Assembly: GCA_027490055.1 (NCBI GenBank)
Contig: JAIXYV010000085.1
Span: 543 to 64,542 of the forward strand
Reading direction: 5' to 3'
DNA from: Bacteroidota bacterium
GTDB lineage: Bacteria > Bacteroidota > Bacteroidia > NS11-12g > UBA955
DNA: 64,000 bases
Shown here: positions 28,101 to 37,992 of the stretch, piece after piece
Layout: every line of letters starts with the position of its first letter
How positions within the stretch are numbered: the stretch's first letter is position 1
Translations under genes and position numbers: made by a program
Notes under the pieces: generated by a model
Told to the model about the DNA's origin: nothing
The model's database searches: none
What the model saw: only the letters and a program-made list of their open reading frames with translations

Positions 28101-29503
28101 ACAGTTTTAAACCACAACACAATGGCTTCTATGCCATCAAAATGCATATTCGTTCGCTGGCACCTAATGCATGCGATGATAATGCCTTTGAAATCAAAAA
28201 ACTACTCGTTGGTTTCTACGGACAAATGAACATGACAGATACCATTATTTGTCACGGACAATATGTGGTATGTAGTCCGCAATTCCGTTATTTCGACCCT
28301 ATTCCTGAAATCACTTTCCAACTTACCGATCCAGTAGATTACTGGCGCTCAAGAATTTCTGAAGCTGGTAATGTCAATCGCGAAGGTTTCACCAGAACCG
28401 ATTTGAGCAAAGACGATGATGGCACTGCACCAAGATCCATCTTTGGCGGCTTCCCTTATTCTATTACTGGTCTTGATATCAAGCCCAATCAATATTTACC
28501 ACTGGGTGGCGGTGTCAATTCATTATACTATAACCAGGATACTGGTCGCACCTACTTCATCCGTATGGCTGCCAGCGATAGTACCGGTTGTCAGGATACC
28601 TTCACTCAGACATTATATACCACCGCTGCAAGAGCACATTTCAAATTGTCTGTTGACAGACCACAATGTAATCTGATTGCAGAATTTATCGATAGTTCGT
28701 ATGTGCAAGACCCTCATAAAACCCTACATGGAGTAGCCTCAGATAAAATCATTAAATGGACCATCAACTGGGGCGACCGCAGTGCTGCGGCCGTCAATAT
28801 TTTCTTTAATCAGTTGCCATCCAAAATTGCACATTCTTATTCTCGTCCCGGCCTCTATAATATTAAACTTAAAATAGAAACCCAACTGGGTTGTGTGGCT
28901 TTTGATTCAATGGTAATGTATGTACCCGGACCACAAACCGAATTTGACACCTTGATCAAACGCAATTATTGCAAAGGTGAAACGGTAGAATTTACCAATA
29001 CCAGTCAGTACTCAGTATCTGATTCAAGTATCTGGAGCTGGGATTTTGGTGATGGCGACTTTGGTTCTCAGGTGCAGGATTTAAATAACAGCAATAACCC
29101 TATCACACATGTTTACCAATCTGAAGGTGTTTATTCTGTTACGCTCTATCATTATTATGAGTACCGCGTCAACAATCAGCTTAGAGCCTGCCTCAATAAG
29201 TATCCTGATCCATTATTTAAAGAAGATCCATTCTTCGTCAACATCAAGAACTGCGACAGTACAGGTATAGAGACGCGCTACAAAAACGCCAGTATTCAAA
29301 TGTTCCCTAATCCTGCCCACAACACCGTAAGTTTTGTTTGCGATAAGAACTACGATATCCATATTTACAACACGATGGGCCAATTGGTAGAAAGCCTCCA
29401 TATTGAAAACGGCAGTGTTGCCGACTTGCGTCATCTTGCCAAAGGTTTATACATCCTCAGAACTAGCAACAACGAAAACATCGGGAAGTTGATAGTGGAT
29501 TGA
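25157..29503 (+). CDS. Large secreted PKD-repeat protein with a T9SS (Por) C-terminal sorting domain
   Basis: 1448 aa. Signal peptide ending SANAQ. PKD-type WDFGDG-like motifs: FQWDFNAEGS, WIWDDGS, VWDFGDDY, INWGDRS, WSWDFGDGD. The C-terminal roughly 70 aa (IQMFPNPAHNTVSF...LYILRTSN...GKLIVD) match the T9SS CTD pattern. Confidence 0.8.
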   Translation: MKLFITLRQLPLFVFAFCLYFSNSANAQCHITNSSALCVGQPIEFNCNSIGSSAFQWDFNAEGSNNNSCNPSFVFNTPGFKVIKLSLKLANGKTCQTQKTIRITALPTVKFGRVSNRIQCFSSNQYCFIDSSFISGDSICTTGYVFDDGTKYTSTGNRVKQICHSFQDPAGGTYGVTVTVTSCNGCSKTVRYNAIATVKPSLGLFFTSPQPKRCDSVLLTLTNISQVELDSLQTFTWIWDDGSYTNGTSATPGLWKTQVSHKYTTQGPRNGNFNVKLAATTKSGCKDTFTYNAAATNIIIKPLILSSKDSVCASDSKITFKLKDSAIIGAANPLFQYEFPYVPANITRAWTGSHAFTAPGAYKVNFSFTHSIPGCGRTISDTILVLGPQSMVESGGTNAINPALRYQCVITDTVKFTNFSKFYHNDNNFTDDDSTFYTSSGFNAPLGHKFTATASLNSQVQKRLDENILRVWDFGDDYCERCTTDTKNNINTNKNCRFSKDQFPKHLYTDWDKIYQRYYASTNRWINFYSKDSGAVIKRKLWADDTMAVLNTGDTLPKVLVKIGMTVVKYFKTPIASNDSISYASHRRHFYESKDVKCFTVKLYQKDIKHPLACASENTISLAMMPPSAKYLRKAGVQCLGNSSDAYGISFILDETKPGCHATWAEINFDTASNPNAWVPAIGKNLSSGAISMGGLPPVNPPFLISPFSNIPGNKFSKSYSIDDIKDKKNGFIDVGLIVGNGIHAGGIYPEMCQDTVYYPKFARFPIIDNSFRVISHKTFGFNNDYYKICKNQEIAIAPTSNNYSSRADIGSITYDLTSTQTGKYHTDGHVLGVTETYKRFNRIHKDSSFLMDSLIVTKYQYWNTTKKITSVTRLAIARINKWHAEADVSAVYDVVKNQLASQGLNITAYSASQLADMIWNGKGTIGKAYTGSRGLIDTSGIGNKIAITLIPDQKKILHFRDTGILPLETHLGYDNKVYRSYSFKPQHNGFYAIKMHIRSLAPNACDDNAFEIKKLLVGFYGQMNMTDTIICHGQYVVCSPQFRYFDPIPEITFQLTDPVDYWRSRISEAGNVNREGFTRTDLSKDDDGTAPRSIFGGFPYSITGLDIKPNQYLPLGGGVNSLYYNQDTGRTYFIRMAASDSTGCQDTFTQTLYTTAARAHFKLSVDRPQCNLIAEFIDSSYVQDPHKTLHGVASDKIIKWTINWGDRSAAAVNIFFNQLPSKIAHSYSRPGLYNIKLKIETQLGCVAFDSMVMYVPGPQTEFDTLIKRNYCKGETVEFTNTSQYSVSDSSIWSWDFGDGDFGSQVQDLNNSNNPITHVYQSEGVYSVTLYHYYEYRVNNQLRACLNKYPDPLFKEDPFFVNIKNCDSTGIETRYKNASIQMFPNPAHNTVSFVCDKNYDIHIYNTMGQLVESLHIENGSVADLRHLAKGLYILRTSNNENIGKLIVD

Positions 29504-29637
29504 GGAGAGTGACCAGGAATCAAGAAAGAAAAATATTGAAAAGACTAACCGTATAAGCGTCGGACCTGCAATCCACGGTAAAATCGTTTCAAAACCTTCT
29601 CTAAAAATTCAAAAAATGAAGTAATTTAGCGATTCGT

Positions 29638-31539
29638 TTGAATCAGCCTGAAGCCATACTAAAACAGTATTTTGGATACGATACTTTTCGTCCTTTACAA
29701 AAGGAGATTGTCGAATCTGTGCTGGCTGGTAAAGATACCATTGCTCTGCTGCCTACCGGGGGCGGTAAATCAGTTTGCTTTCAGGTGCCGGCCCTCATTC
29801 TGGATGGTGTCTGTATCGTTGTGACGCCGCTTGTGGCGCTGATGAAAGACCAGGTCGAGAATCTTAAAAATCGCGATATCATGGCCCTCGCCCTCTTTGG
29901 CGGTATGAGCCGGAGAGAAATCGAATTTGAACTCGAAAATTGCATCAACGGCAAATACAAATTCCTGTACGTATCGCCAGAACGTCTGCAAAGTAAAAAC
30001 TTCTGCGACTTCGCTATCAATATGAAAGTGAGTATGATCGCTGTTGATGAAGCACACTGTATCTCACAATGGGGCTACGATTTCAGACCGCCTTACCTCA
30101 GAATTACCGATTTTAAGGACCGCTTTAATAAAGTCCCCGTCATCGCCCTTACCGCTTCTGCAACACCTGAAGTGATAAAGGATATTGCCGATAAATTGTC
30201 GCTTAGACAGCCTGCTATTTTTAGCAAAAGCTTTAAACGCGATAACCTCTCATATGTGGTCGAAGAATGCGAAAACAAACTCGACCGTATTAAAACTATT
30301 TGCGAGAAGGTAAAAGGCAGTGGATTAGTCTACGTTAAAAGTCGCAAAAAAACCAGTGATATCGCCGAATACCTCTGTCAGCATAATATTAACGCCGACT
30401 TCTATCACGCTGGGCTCGACCCCAAAATACGGACCATCAAACAAGACGACTGGAAAATGGGACGTACCCGAATTATGGTGTGTACCAATGCCTTCGGTAT
30501 GGGCATCGACAAACCCAATGTTCGTCTGGTGGTGCACGACCAGAAACCCGATACCATGGAGGCCTATTACCAGGAAGCCGGCCGAGCCGGAAGGGATGGC
30601 AAACGCGCCTACTGTGTTTTGCTATACTTTAAAGGCGATTTCCTGGAAGACGATAAACAACTTGAAAATAAATACCCCGACAGCAAAGAAATTATCAGGG
30701 TATATGAACTGATCTGCAATTACCTTCAGATCGCAGTTGGCTCTGCTCAGGGCAGAAGCTATAACTTTGACATCAACGAGTTTTGCGCCTACTACAAACT
30801 AAACCCTGTACAGGTGTTTAACTGCATCAGAATTCTGGAAGCTGAAAGTTATTTTCAGGCCAGTGAAGCGATGTATCTGCCTTCGCGAATGAAGATTCTA
30901 TTATCATATACTGAACTTTACGAGTGGCAAATCAGACACGAAAGCGTCGATGCTCTGGTGAAAGTGCTGCTGCGTTCTTACGGCGGTCTCTTCGATTTCT
31001 ATACTAATATTTTTGAAAATGAAATTGCCAGACGTCTTAAGAAACCAGAAAAATGGGTAAAAGAACAACTCGCTAAACTCCATGAACTCGAATTGATAGA
31101 TTACATCCCTCAGAACAATAAACCTCAGTTGCTATTTCTCGAAAACCGCTTCAACTCTATCCATATCGCCGATGGTAAAATTGAATTTCTAAGACAAAGA
31201 TACCGCGATAAACTGGCTTATATGAACCAGTATCTTACCAATAAACAGGTGTGCCGGTCAAAATTTCTGGTGAAGTATTTTGGCGAAAAAGAAGAAAATG
31301 ACTGCGGTTATTGCGATATCTGCCTGGATAAAAAGAACAAGCCTCTTTCAGATGAAAACACTGATATGACAAACCTGAAAGCAATGATACAAGCGGGTGA
31401 TCTGAACCTTGACAAACTCAAATCTTCGCTACAGGCATCCAAATTAGAAGATTATTTGATATTATTGCGATGGCTTACTGATAATGGCGATGCCGAAATG
31501 AACGCTGAGGGATATTGGGTATGGAAATCAAAAAAATAA
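29638..31539 (+). CDS. recQ: RecQ-family ATP-dependent DNA helicase
   Basis: 633 aa. YFGYDTFRPLQKE N-terminus, Walker A PTGGGKS, DEAH box AVDEAHCISQWGYDFRP, and the Zn-binding cysteines C...CGYCDIC. TTG start. Confidence 0.9.
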   Translation: MNQPEAILKQYFGYDTFRPLQKEIVESVLAGKDTIALLPTGGGKSVCFQVPALILDGVCIVVTPLVALMKDQVENLKNRDIMALALFGGMSRREIEFELENCINGKYKFLYVSPERLQSKNFCDFAINMKVSMIAVDEAHCISQWGYDFRPPYLRITDFKDRFNKVPVIALTASATPEVIKDIADKLSLRQPAIFSKSFKRDNLSYVVEECENKLDRIKTICEKVKGSGLVYVKSRKKTSDIAEYLCQHNINADFYHAGLDPKIRTIKQDDWKMGRTRIMVCTNAFGMGIDKPNVRLVVHDQKPDTMEAYYQEAGRAGRDGKRAYCVLLYFKGDFLEDDKQLENKYPDSKEIIRVYELICNYLQIAVGSAQGRSYNFDINEFCAYYKLNPVQVFNCIRILEAESYFQASEAMYLPSRMKILLSYTELYEWQIRHESVDALVKVLLRSYGGLFDFYTNIFENEIARRLKKPEKWVKEQLAKLHELELIDYIPQNNKPQLLFLENRFNSIHIADGKIEFLRQRYRDKLAYMNQYLTNKQVCRSKFLVKYFGEKEENDCGYCDICLDKKNKPLSDENTDMTNLKAMIQAGDLNLDKLKSSLQASKLEDYLILLRWLTDNGDAEMNAEGYWVWKSKK

Positions 31540-32630
31540 TAACAATAGGCATCAGTGGCCATATCCACACCGATCAGAGAATGAAACGCATCGCTGGGTC
31601 GCTCTCAAAAAATGGTGCCAGCGTTGCTCTTTACTACCGCGAACATTTCAAATTTAAACCAGTAAAAACAGCCGATCAATTGCCTTTTGCGACTATAGGC
31701 ATGCGAATCTTAGTGAATAAAGGCATCTTGTTTTATGCTTTTCTAAACTGGCAATTATTTTGGAAACTCCTATTCAAAAAAACTGATATCTACTATGCCG
31801 TGGATGCCGATACACTTCCAGCCTTTACGATGCTGTCTATACTGAAAGGTAAACCACTGTTTTATGACGCTCACGAATACTTCTGCGAGGTACCTGAATT
31901 ACAAAACAGCAGATTGAAAAAAAAGGTTTGGGATCTTATCATCCGCATTGGTGTAAAGCGCGCGAGTAAATGCCTGACGGTTGGACCGATGCTGGCTCTT
32001 GAACTCGAAAAACGCTACCATAAAGCTTTTGCCGTTGTTAGAAATACAACTAAAGCTGATCATTTAAGCATTGATGCGCCACTCCCTTTTACTTTACCAG
32101 ATAAACCTATCATTCTTTATCAGGGTGCGCTTAACAAAGGTCGCGAACTGGAACTACTCATCAAAGCAATGCCTAATCTGCCAGAATTTCACTGCCTGCT
32201 GGCTGGCGAAGGCGATTTAAGTGAAAGTCTGAGAGAGATGGCTAAATCGATGAATAATGTTCAGTTTGCAGGTTTATTAAGTCCTGACACCCTTAAAACC
32301 TTAACCCCACAATGCTTTGCAGGTTATAATTTATTAGATGCTGAAGGCAGTTTAAGTTACTATTACTCGCTGAGCAATAAGTACTTCGACTATATTCATG
32401 CGGGTATACCATCCATTAGCTCGCACCTACCAGAATACGAAGCATTGAATGACTCACACGGCTGTGGGATATGCATAGAGAACACACAAGAAGAACTAAT
32501 AAAAACGCTTAAAAACTGGCTGGCGGATACAGAGTTGTACCAAAAGTTCAAGGAAAACACTAATATTGCCAGAAAAGTATGCCAATGGGAAACCGATGAG
32601 GCTGCTTTATTAGCCCTGTTCAGACCTTGA
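31521..32630 (+). CDS. Glycosyltransferase (GT1/GT4-like, GT-B fold)
   Basis: About 369 aa from the ATG at 31521; the ORF track opens at a TTG at 31515. The C-terminal half (QGALNKGRELELLIKAM...LAGEGDL) is typical of Glycos_transf_1. Overlaps the recQ 3' end by 19 nt. Confidence 0.7.
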   Translation: MEIKKIITIGISGHIHTDQRMKRIAGSLSKNGASVALYYREHFKFKPVKTADQLPFATIGMRILVNKGILFYAFLNWQLFWKLLFKKTDIYYAVDADTLPAFTMLSILKGKPLFYDAHEYFCEVPELQNSRLKKKVWDLIIRIGVKRASKCLTVGPMLALELEKRYHKAFAVVRNTTKADHLSIDAPLPFTLPDKPIILYQGALNKGRELELLIKAMPNLPEFHCLLAGEGDLSESLREMAKSMNNVQFAGLLSPDTLKTLTPQCFAGYNLLDAEGSLSYYYSLSNKYFDYIHAGIPSISSHLPEYEALNDSHGCGICIENTQEELIKTLKNWLADTELYQKFKENTNIARKVCQWETDEAALLALFRP

Positions 32631-33751
32631 AGAAAACTGTCCATATTGTTGCTTTTGATGTGCCCTACCCTGCCGATTATGGTGGCGTCATAGATATTTA
32701 TCATAAAATAAGAACCCTGCAACAGCAAGGACTCAATATTATATTGCATTGTTTCCAATACGGTCGTGCTGAATCTTCCGAATTAAACCGTATTTGTAAA
32801 AAGGTATATTACTATAAGCGCAGTAAGTACAAAAATCCATTTATCGGAGATACGCCTTATATAGTCTCTACCAGAAACGACGAGCAGTTGCTGATTAACC
32901 TTTGTAAAGACAATCATCCTGTGATTTTTGAAGGGGTGCACTGCACTTACTTTTTGAATCACGAAAAATTAAAACATAGAATCCGACTGGTGCGCAACCA
33001 CAACATCGAACACGATTATTACAAGAATCTCGAACTGGTTGAAACCAATTATTTTAAAAAGTACTTTTTCAGAAATGAATCAGACAAACTGAAGACCTAT
33101 GAAAAGCATCTGAAAGGTGCTACCCATATCCTCGCGATATCGCCACCAGATCATCAGTACCTTAATAAGAAATACCACAATTCGGTGCTGGTGCCAGCTT
33201 TCCATTCGAATGATCAGGTTGAATCGAAAGAAGGCAAAGGAAAATTCATCCTCTACCACGGTAACCTGGCGGTTGGAGAAAACAACTTTGCTGCATTATA
33301 CCTGGTGAAAGATGTGTTCTCTCAACTGACTATTCCCTGCACCATAGCAGGCAATCACCCCAGTGACGAATTAAAAAAAGCCTGTCAGAAATACCCGCAT
33401 ATTACTTTAATAGATAGCTGGAGCAACGAACAGATTACCGAAGCCATTGGCAAAGCCCATATCAATGTATTGCCGACATTTCAGGGAACTGGCATTAAAC
33501 TCAAACTGCTAAATGCTCTGTATTGCGGCAGATTCTGTATTGTTAATCCGGTAATGGTGCATCAGACAACCCTCGAAAAAGCTTGCATTATCTCAGAAAC
33601 ATCTGAGCAGATGGTAGCCGATATTAAGCAATACTGGCAAATGCCCTTTGGTGCCGATGAATTAAAGCTTAGAAGACAATTGCTGGATAACAGTCTGTTC
33701 AGTAATTCTAAGAATGCTGATATCATTATCCGACTTTTAGACAAGGGGTAA
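32627..33751 (+). CDS. Glycosyltransferase (GT-B fold, group 1-like)
   Basis: 374 aa. VAFDVPYPADYGGVIDIY N-terminus and a C-terminal TFQGTGIKLKLLNAL segment. TTG start overlapping the upstream TGA (TTGA). Confidence 0.65.
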   Translation: MKKTVHIVAFDVPYPADYGGVIDIYHKIRTLQQQGLNIILHCFQYGRAESSELNRICKKVYYYKRSKYKNPFIGDTPYIVSTRNDEQLLINLCKDNHPVIFEGVHCTYFLNHEKLKHRIRLVRNHNIEHDYYKNLELVETNYFKKYFFRNESDKLKTYEKHLKGATHILAISPPDHQYLNKKYHNSVLVPAFHSNDQVESKEGKGKFILYHGNLAVGENNFAALYLVKDVFSQLTIPCTIAGNHPSDELKKACQKYPHITLIDSWSNEQITEAIGKAHINVLPTFQGTGIKLKLLNALYCGRFCIVNPVMVHQTTLEKACIISETSEQMVADIKQYWQMPFGADELKLRRQLLDNSLFSNSKNADIIIRLLDKG

Positions 33752-33813
33752 ATCCCTCAAAAAATTGGCTGAAAAGTGAAGGAATATTTTTAAAAATACG
33801 ATATATTTGTGCT

Positions 33814-34167
33814 GTGGGCGGAATATTGGAAGTATTAACGAAAAAGCAGGCAAAACCAAGAGGTTTCAGATTTAAGCCTATGTACTTCAAGGCCGAAAAA
33901 GCAGAATTCAGGACCTATGTCGAAAAATTGAGAGAAGAAAGAGATGCGACAGACAATGGTCAGTACATTCCAACGAATTTTAAAGGTAAATTTACCAGAA
34001 AAACCCAGCGAAAAGCTTCAGCACAACTGGCCGTGTATAACCTCAGACTACTAGTCTTTCTCAGCCTTTTAATAACTGCTGCTTTTCTACTATTTCAAAC
34101 CAGTATTATCGATCGTATATTCAGACAATTCTTAGACCTATTCAGCAAAAACAATGGACTGTATTAA
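33814..34167 (+). CDS. Small hypothetical membrane protein (basic N-terminus, one C-terminal TM helix)
   Basis: 117-aa ORF opening with GTG. A TATATTTG -7 box at 33802-33809 argues for the internal ATG at 33880 (MYFKAEKAEF...). Overlaps the mutL start by 14 nt. Confidence 0.4.
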   Translation: MGGILEVLTKKQAKPRGFRFKPMYFKAEKAEFRTYVEKLREERDATDNGQYIPTNFKGKFTRKTQRKASAQLAVYNLRLLVFLSLLITAAFLLFQTSIIDRIFRQFLDLFSKNNGLY

Positions 34168-35956
34168 ACTTTTACCCGACAACATTGCCAACCAGATAGC
34201 GGCGGGTGAGGTAGTACAACGACCAGCTTCTGCCGTTAAAGAATTACTAGAAAATGCTCTGGATGCAGGCGCTACCGAAATAAAACTCAATGTCAAAGAA
34301 GGTGGAACACTCCTTATCCAAGTGATTGATAATGGTTTTGGCATGAGTCCGACCGACGCACGCATGTGCTGGGAACGACATGCTACTTCTAAAATTGTCA
34401 AAGCAGATGATCTGTTTCGTTTAACCAGTTTTGGCTTTAGAGGTGAGGCACTGGCCTCAATAGCAGCTATCGCACATGTCGATATGAAAACCAAAAGGCG
34501 CGAAGACGAATTAGGTACACATATCCGGATTGAAGGCAGTAAAATCATTGAACAGGAACAAATAGCCTGTCTCAACGGCACTCAGTTTGCTATTAAAAAC
34601 CTGTTTTATAATGTCCCTGCAAGAAGAAACTTCTTAAAAAGTATTCCGGTAGAACTCCGACACATTATTGATGAGTTTACCCGTGTGGCAATGCCGCACC
34701 ATCAGATTGCCTTTAGTTTGTTTCACAACGACAAAGAGGTATTCGATCTTAAACCCGCTTCTGCGGCTCAGCGTATTGCTGAACTCATGAACAAAAAGAA
34801 CGATAAGGACTTTTTACAGGTCAACGAATCACACGATTTACTGAATGTTAAAGGCTTTGTCGGCAAACCCGAAATAGCCAAGAAAACCAGAGGTGAACAG
34901 TTCCTGTTTGTCAATAACAGATACATTAAGGATGCTTATCTCCACCATGCGATAGTCAACGCATTTGACCAATTAATTGCTAAAGACCAGTATCCGATGT
35001 ATGTCTTATTCCTGGACATAGAGCCATCGCGAATTGATGTTAACATACATCCTACTAAAACAGAGATTAAGTTCGACGACGAGCGGGCAATTTACACCCT
35101 GGTGAAATCGGCTGTTAAAAAGGCACTCGGTCAGTATGTGGTGATTCCTGAGCTTGAGTTCAGCGACCCTAATGTGTTTAATCCTGTCGCTTTTCTTCAG
35201 CAAACCTCTACCGAAACCGTTAAAAAGCCTTCTGGTGGTTCACAACAGTTTAGTCCCTTTCCTGGCAACAATAGCATGCGTGGTGTGCAAACAGCTCAAT
35301 GGCATAAACTATTCGAAAATCAGTACCTCGAAAATCGTCAGGAAAAACCAGATGAGCCTCAGCAACAGCTGAAAATTGAGAACCAATTAAACAAAATCAG
35401 TGATGCCTTTCAACTGGCCAATGGCTACCTTATTGCTAAGAAAAACGATCAACTGATTATTGTCGATCAGCGCGCTGCTCACGAACGCATTCTGTTCGAA
35501 AAATACATGCATTCTATTGAACGCAGATCCGCTCCCATCCAGCAACTGCTATTCCCGAGAACACTGGAACTTTCTGGCACCGATTATATTTTAGCGCACG
35601 AACTTCTGGATGAGATGAAAGAACTGGGATTTGATGTGGCAGATTTTGGTTCAAACTGTTTGATCATTAATGGGGTGCCTGCAGAAACCATTAAAGGGAC
35701 AGAAAAAGAACTGCTGGAAGGCTTGCTGGAACACTATAAACAAAATGCCTCTCAGTTTGCAGGAGATAAAAGAAAAGCCCTGGCTGTATCGCTTGCTCAA
35801 AACGAAGCTATACTGAGAACCAGAAGCCTTAAAACCGAAGAAATAAGCGATCTGCTGAACCAGTTATTCGAGTGCGAACAAGCAGCTACGCGACCAAATG
35901 GAAAAGCAGTTTTTGTAGAATTCTCATCCACCTATCTTAACGACCTATTTAAATAA
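34154..35956 (+). CDS. mutL: DNA mismatch repair protein MutL
   Basis: 600 aa. LPDNIANQIAAGEVVQRPASAVKELLENALDAGA GHKL ATPase N-terminus. Confidence 0.95.
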   Translation: MDCIKLLPDNIANQIAAGEVVQRPASAVKELLENALDAGATEIKLNVKEGGTLLIQVIDNGFGMSPTDARMCWERHATSKIVKADDLFRLTSFGFRGEALASIAAIAHVDMKTKRREDELGTHIRIEGSKIIEQEQIACLNGTQFAIKNLFYNVPARRNFLKSIPVELRHIIDEFTRVAMPHHQIAFSLFHNDKEVFDLKPASAAQRIAELMNKKNDKDFLQVNESHDLLNVKGFVGKPEIAKKTRGEQFLFVNNRYIKDAYLHHAIVNAFDQLIAKDQYPMYVLFLDIEPSRIDVNIHPTKTEIKFDDERAIYTLVKSAVKKALGQYVVIPELEFSDPNVFNPVAFLQQTSTETVKKPSGGSQQFSPFPGNNSMRGVQTAQWHKLFENQYLENRQEKPDEPQQQLKIENQLNKISDAFQLANGYLIAKKNDQLIIVDQRAAHERILFEKYMHSIERRSAPIQQLLFPRTLELSGTDYILAHELLDEMKELGFDVADFGSNCLIINGVPAETIKGTEKELLEGLLEHYKQNASQFAGDKRKALAVSLAQNEAILRTRSLKTEEISDLLNQLFECEQAATRPNGKAVFVEFSSTYLNDLFK

Positions 35957-36705
35957 TGAACAGGATATATCTGACACCCGTTGTCAAACAAATACTCATT
36001 GCCTGCATCGTTCTGTACCTGGGAACCATGTTGTTGAAATACCGACAAATTTTCGACCTCGATACTGTGCTTGCTATGCACTACCCTTTGCATCCTGATT
36101 TCAGACCATGGCAAATCATCTCTCATATGTTCATGCACGATAGCAATGGTCTGTCGCCGCACCTGCTATTTAATATGTTTGCCCTGGTAAGTATAGGCAC
36201 TATTGTTGAACGCTTTCTTGGAAGCAAGAAATTTCTTCAGTTGTTTTTGTATGCCGGATTAGGATCTATTGGTCTTCATATCATTGTTGAGACTGTCATG
36301 GTTCACAATGCCATAGGAGAATGGTTTCCGTCTTTCAGTTCGCTCGACATTCAACTCAACGATGAGAATAATCCAATGACCTATAGCAGTCGCTATACAC
36401 AGGAGAGTTTTGATGTTGTTGCAAGTGCTTATTGCTCTAAATTACTGGGCGCCAGTGGTGCTATTTATGGTATCATCGTGGCCTTTGCCTATTTCTTTCC
36501 TAATACCGAATTGATGTTCATGTTTATTCCCTATCCGGTTAAGGCAAAATACCTGGTACCTATCATGATAGGTCTGGATATCTATTTAGCGGTTAGTAAT
36601 TTTGGCTGGGACCCAGTAGCGCATTTTGCCCATATCGGCGGTGCACTCACAGGATTGGCTGTAGTTTGGTACTGGCGTAAATTCGATAGAACGAATTTCT
36701 ATTAA
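35956..36705 (+). CDS. Rhomboid-family intramembrane serine protease
   Basis: 249 aa polytopic protein. Catalytic GASGAIYG serine and the HIGGALTG histidine helix. TAATG junction with mutL. Confidence 0.85.
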   Translation: MNRIYLTPVVKQILIACIVLYLGTMLLKYRQIFDLDTVLAMHYPLHPDFRPWQIISHMFMHDSNGLSPHLLFNMFALVSIGTIVERFLGSKKFLQLFLYAGLGSIGLHIIVETVMVHNAIGEWFPSFSSLDIQLNDENNPMTYSSRYTQESFDVVASAYCSKLLGASGAIYGIIVAFAYFFPNTELMFMFIPYPVKAKYLVPIMIGLDIYLAVSNFGWDPVAHFAHIGGALTGLAVVWYWRKFDRTNFY

Positions 36706-37142
36706 CAGTTGATTTTATTCACTCTGTTCTGATGTCTGCCACCTTCGAATTCGGCAGACAGATAAGCAGCCACAATTTCTTTAGCAGTTTCTGTGCTGAT
36801 AAATCTGGCAGGCATACAAAGGATGTTGGCATTGTTATGCTGACGGGCTAAAGCACCTAATTCAGGTAACCAGCACAGTGCTGCACGAATACCCTGGTGT
36901 TTATTGGCTGTCAAACATACACCATTACCACTACCGCAAATTAAAATACCAAGTGAATTTGAATCGGCTAAAACGGCTTCTGCTACCGGATGGGCAACGT
37001 CTGGATAGTCCATAGAATCGGTGTTATAACATCCGAAATCTTTTACTTGAAATCCTGCTGCTTCCAGGAAACTGATGATCTCGGCTTTCAGATCAAAACC
37101 TGCATGATCTGACCCTATTTGGATATTGATTGAATTATTCAT
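36702..37142 (-). CDS. rpiB: Ribose-5-phosphate isomerase B
   Basis: 146 aa. IGSDHAGF, ICGSGNGV and FEGGRHQNRV motifs. Confidence 0.9.
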   Translation of the reverse strand: MNNSINIQIGSDHAGFDLKAEIISFLEAAGFQVKDFGCYNTDSMDYPDVAHPVAEAVLADSNSLGILICGSGNGVCLTANKHQGIRAALCWLPELGALARQHNNANILCMPARFISTETAKEIVAAYLSAEFEGGRHQNRVNKINC

Positions 37143-37977
37143 TAGCGGCTGCTTTTTGTTTTTCTACGCGTTTTATAATAAAGATACCTAACTCAAACAA
37201 TGAGTAAAGCGGAATGGTAAGGATAATCTGACTGACCACATCAGGAGGGGTAGCAATGGCTGCAATGACTAAAATAACCAGAACAGCATGCTTGCGGTAC
37301 TTAATCAGGAATGCTGAACTCAGCATGCCTATCTTAGCCAGGAAATACATGACTACAGGCAATTCGAAAATTAAACCAGTACCCACAACTATCATGGTCA
37401 TGAACGAAATCACGTTCTGCATATTGATTTCGTTTTTGATGAGCGGACTTAAAGTATAGCTACCCAAAAAATTGATGGATATCGGGCAGAGTACGAAGTA
37501 ACCAAACATAACACCTGAAAGGAAAAGGAAAGTTGTGTAGAAGGTGAAGCCTCTGGTATTATTGATTTCTTTTTTGCTAAGAGCAGGTTTCACAAATAAC
37601 CAGAACTGATAAAGCACTACTGGCATAGATAGAATGATCCCTACCAAAAACGCCAGTTTAAATGACATCATAAACTGACCAGCCATTTCTGTGTTCTGTA
37701 AACTGAAGTTCAGTTCCTGCACACAAAAATCGTCGCTCTGATTAAAGTAATGCGACAATTCGCAAAGTTTGCGGTATGTAAAGAAGTCGACTCTTAAGGG
37801 ACCAAGGATAATCTGATGAAAGATATAATCCATGTAAAAGAAGCCGAGAATGGAAAATCCAACTATGGCATAAGCGCTGCGCAACAAGTGCTTACGCAAC
37901 TCGTCGATATGGTCGAAGAAGGACATTTCCTTGCCTTCTTCTACTGGTTCTTCTATGTGGTCTTGATCTAATGCCAA
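37135..37977 (-). CDS. tatC: Twin-arginine translocase subunit TatC
   Basis: 280 aa with six predicted TM helices. MSFFDHIDELRKHLLRS N-terminus is typical of TatC. Confidence 0.9.
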   Translation of the reverse strand: MALDQDHIEEPVEEGKEMSFFDHIDELRKHLLRSAYAIVGFSILGFFYMDYIFHQIILGPLRVDFFTYRKLCELSHYFNQSDDFCVQELNFSLQNTEMAGQFMMSFKLAFLVGIILSMPVVLYQFWLFVKPALSKKEINNTRGFTFYTTFLFLSGVMFGYFVLCPISINFLGSYTLSPLIKNEINMQNVISFMTMIVVGTGLIFELPVVMYFLAKIGMLSSAFLIKYRKHAVLVILVIAAIATPPDVVSQIILTIPLYSLFELGIFIIKRVEKQKAAANE

Positions 37978-37992
37978 AATATTGTGTTCGTA

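Noticed and set aside
29504-29600. A possible degenerate, inverted third copy of the repeat family, downstream of the T9SS cargo gene. In reverse complement it reads ACCGT..CAGGTCCGACGCTT...TTGATTCCTGG, colinear with ACCGT..CAGGTCCGGCGTCGCTT...CTGATTCCTG at 22063-22325.
   Set aside because: Only short words (8-11 nt) match, and there is no heptamer array. By my rough estimate, an 8-mer shared between two spacers of this size is close to chance. It needs a statistical alignment before being claimed.
34138-34581. Long antisense ORFs inside well-supported genes. Examples: 147 aa opposite mutL, 109 aa at 37984-38313 opposite fabG, 119 aa at 8683-9042 in a different frame of ftsI, 137 aa at 23641-24054 opposite clpX, and 130 aa at 6180-6572 opposite murE.
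   Set aside because: These are shadow ORFs with low-complexity Ser/Leu/Cys-rich translations, and each sits entirely within a gene with strong motif support. There is no independent start or promoter evidence.
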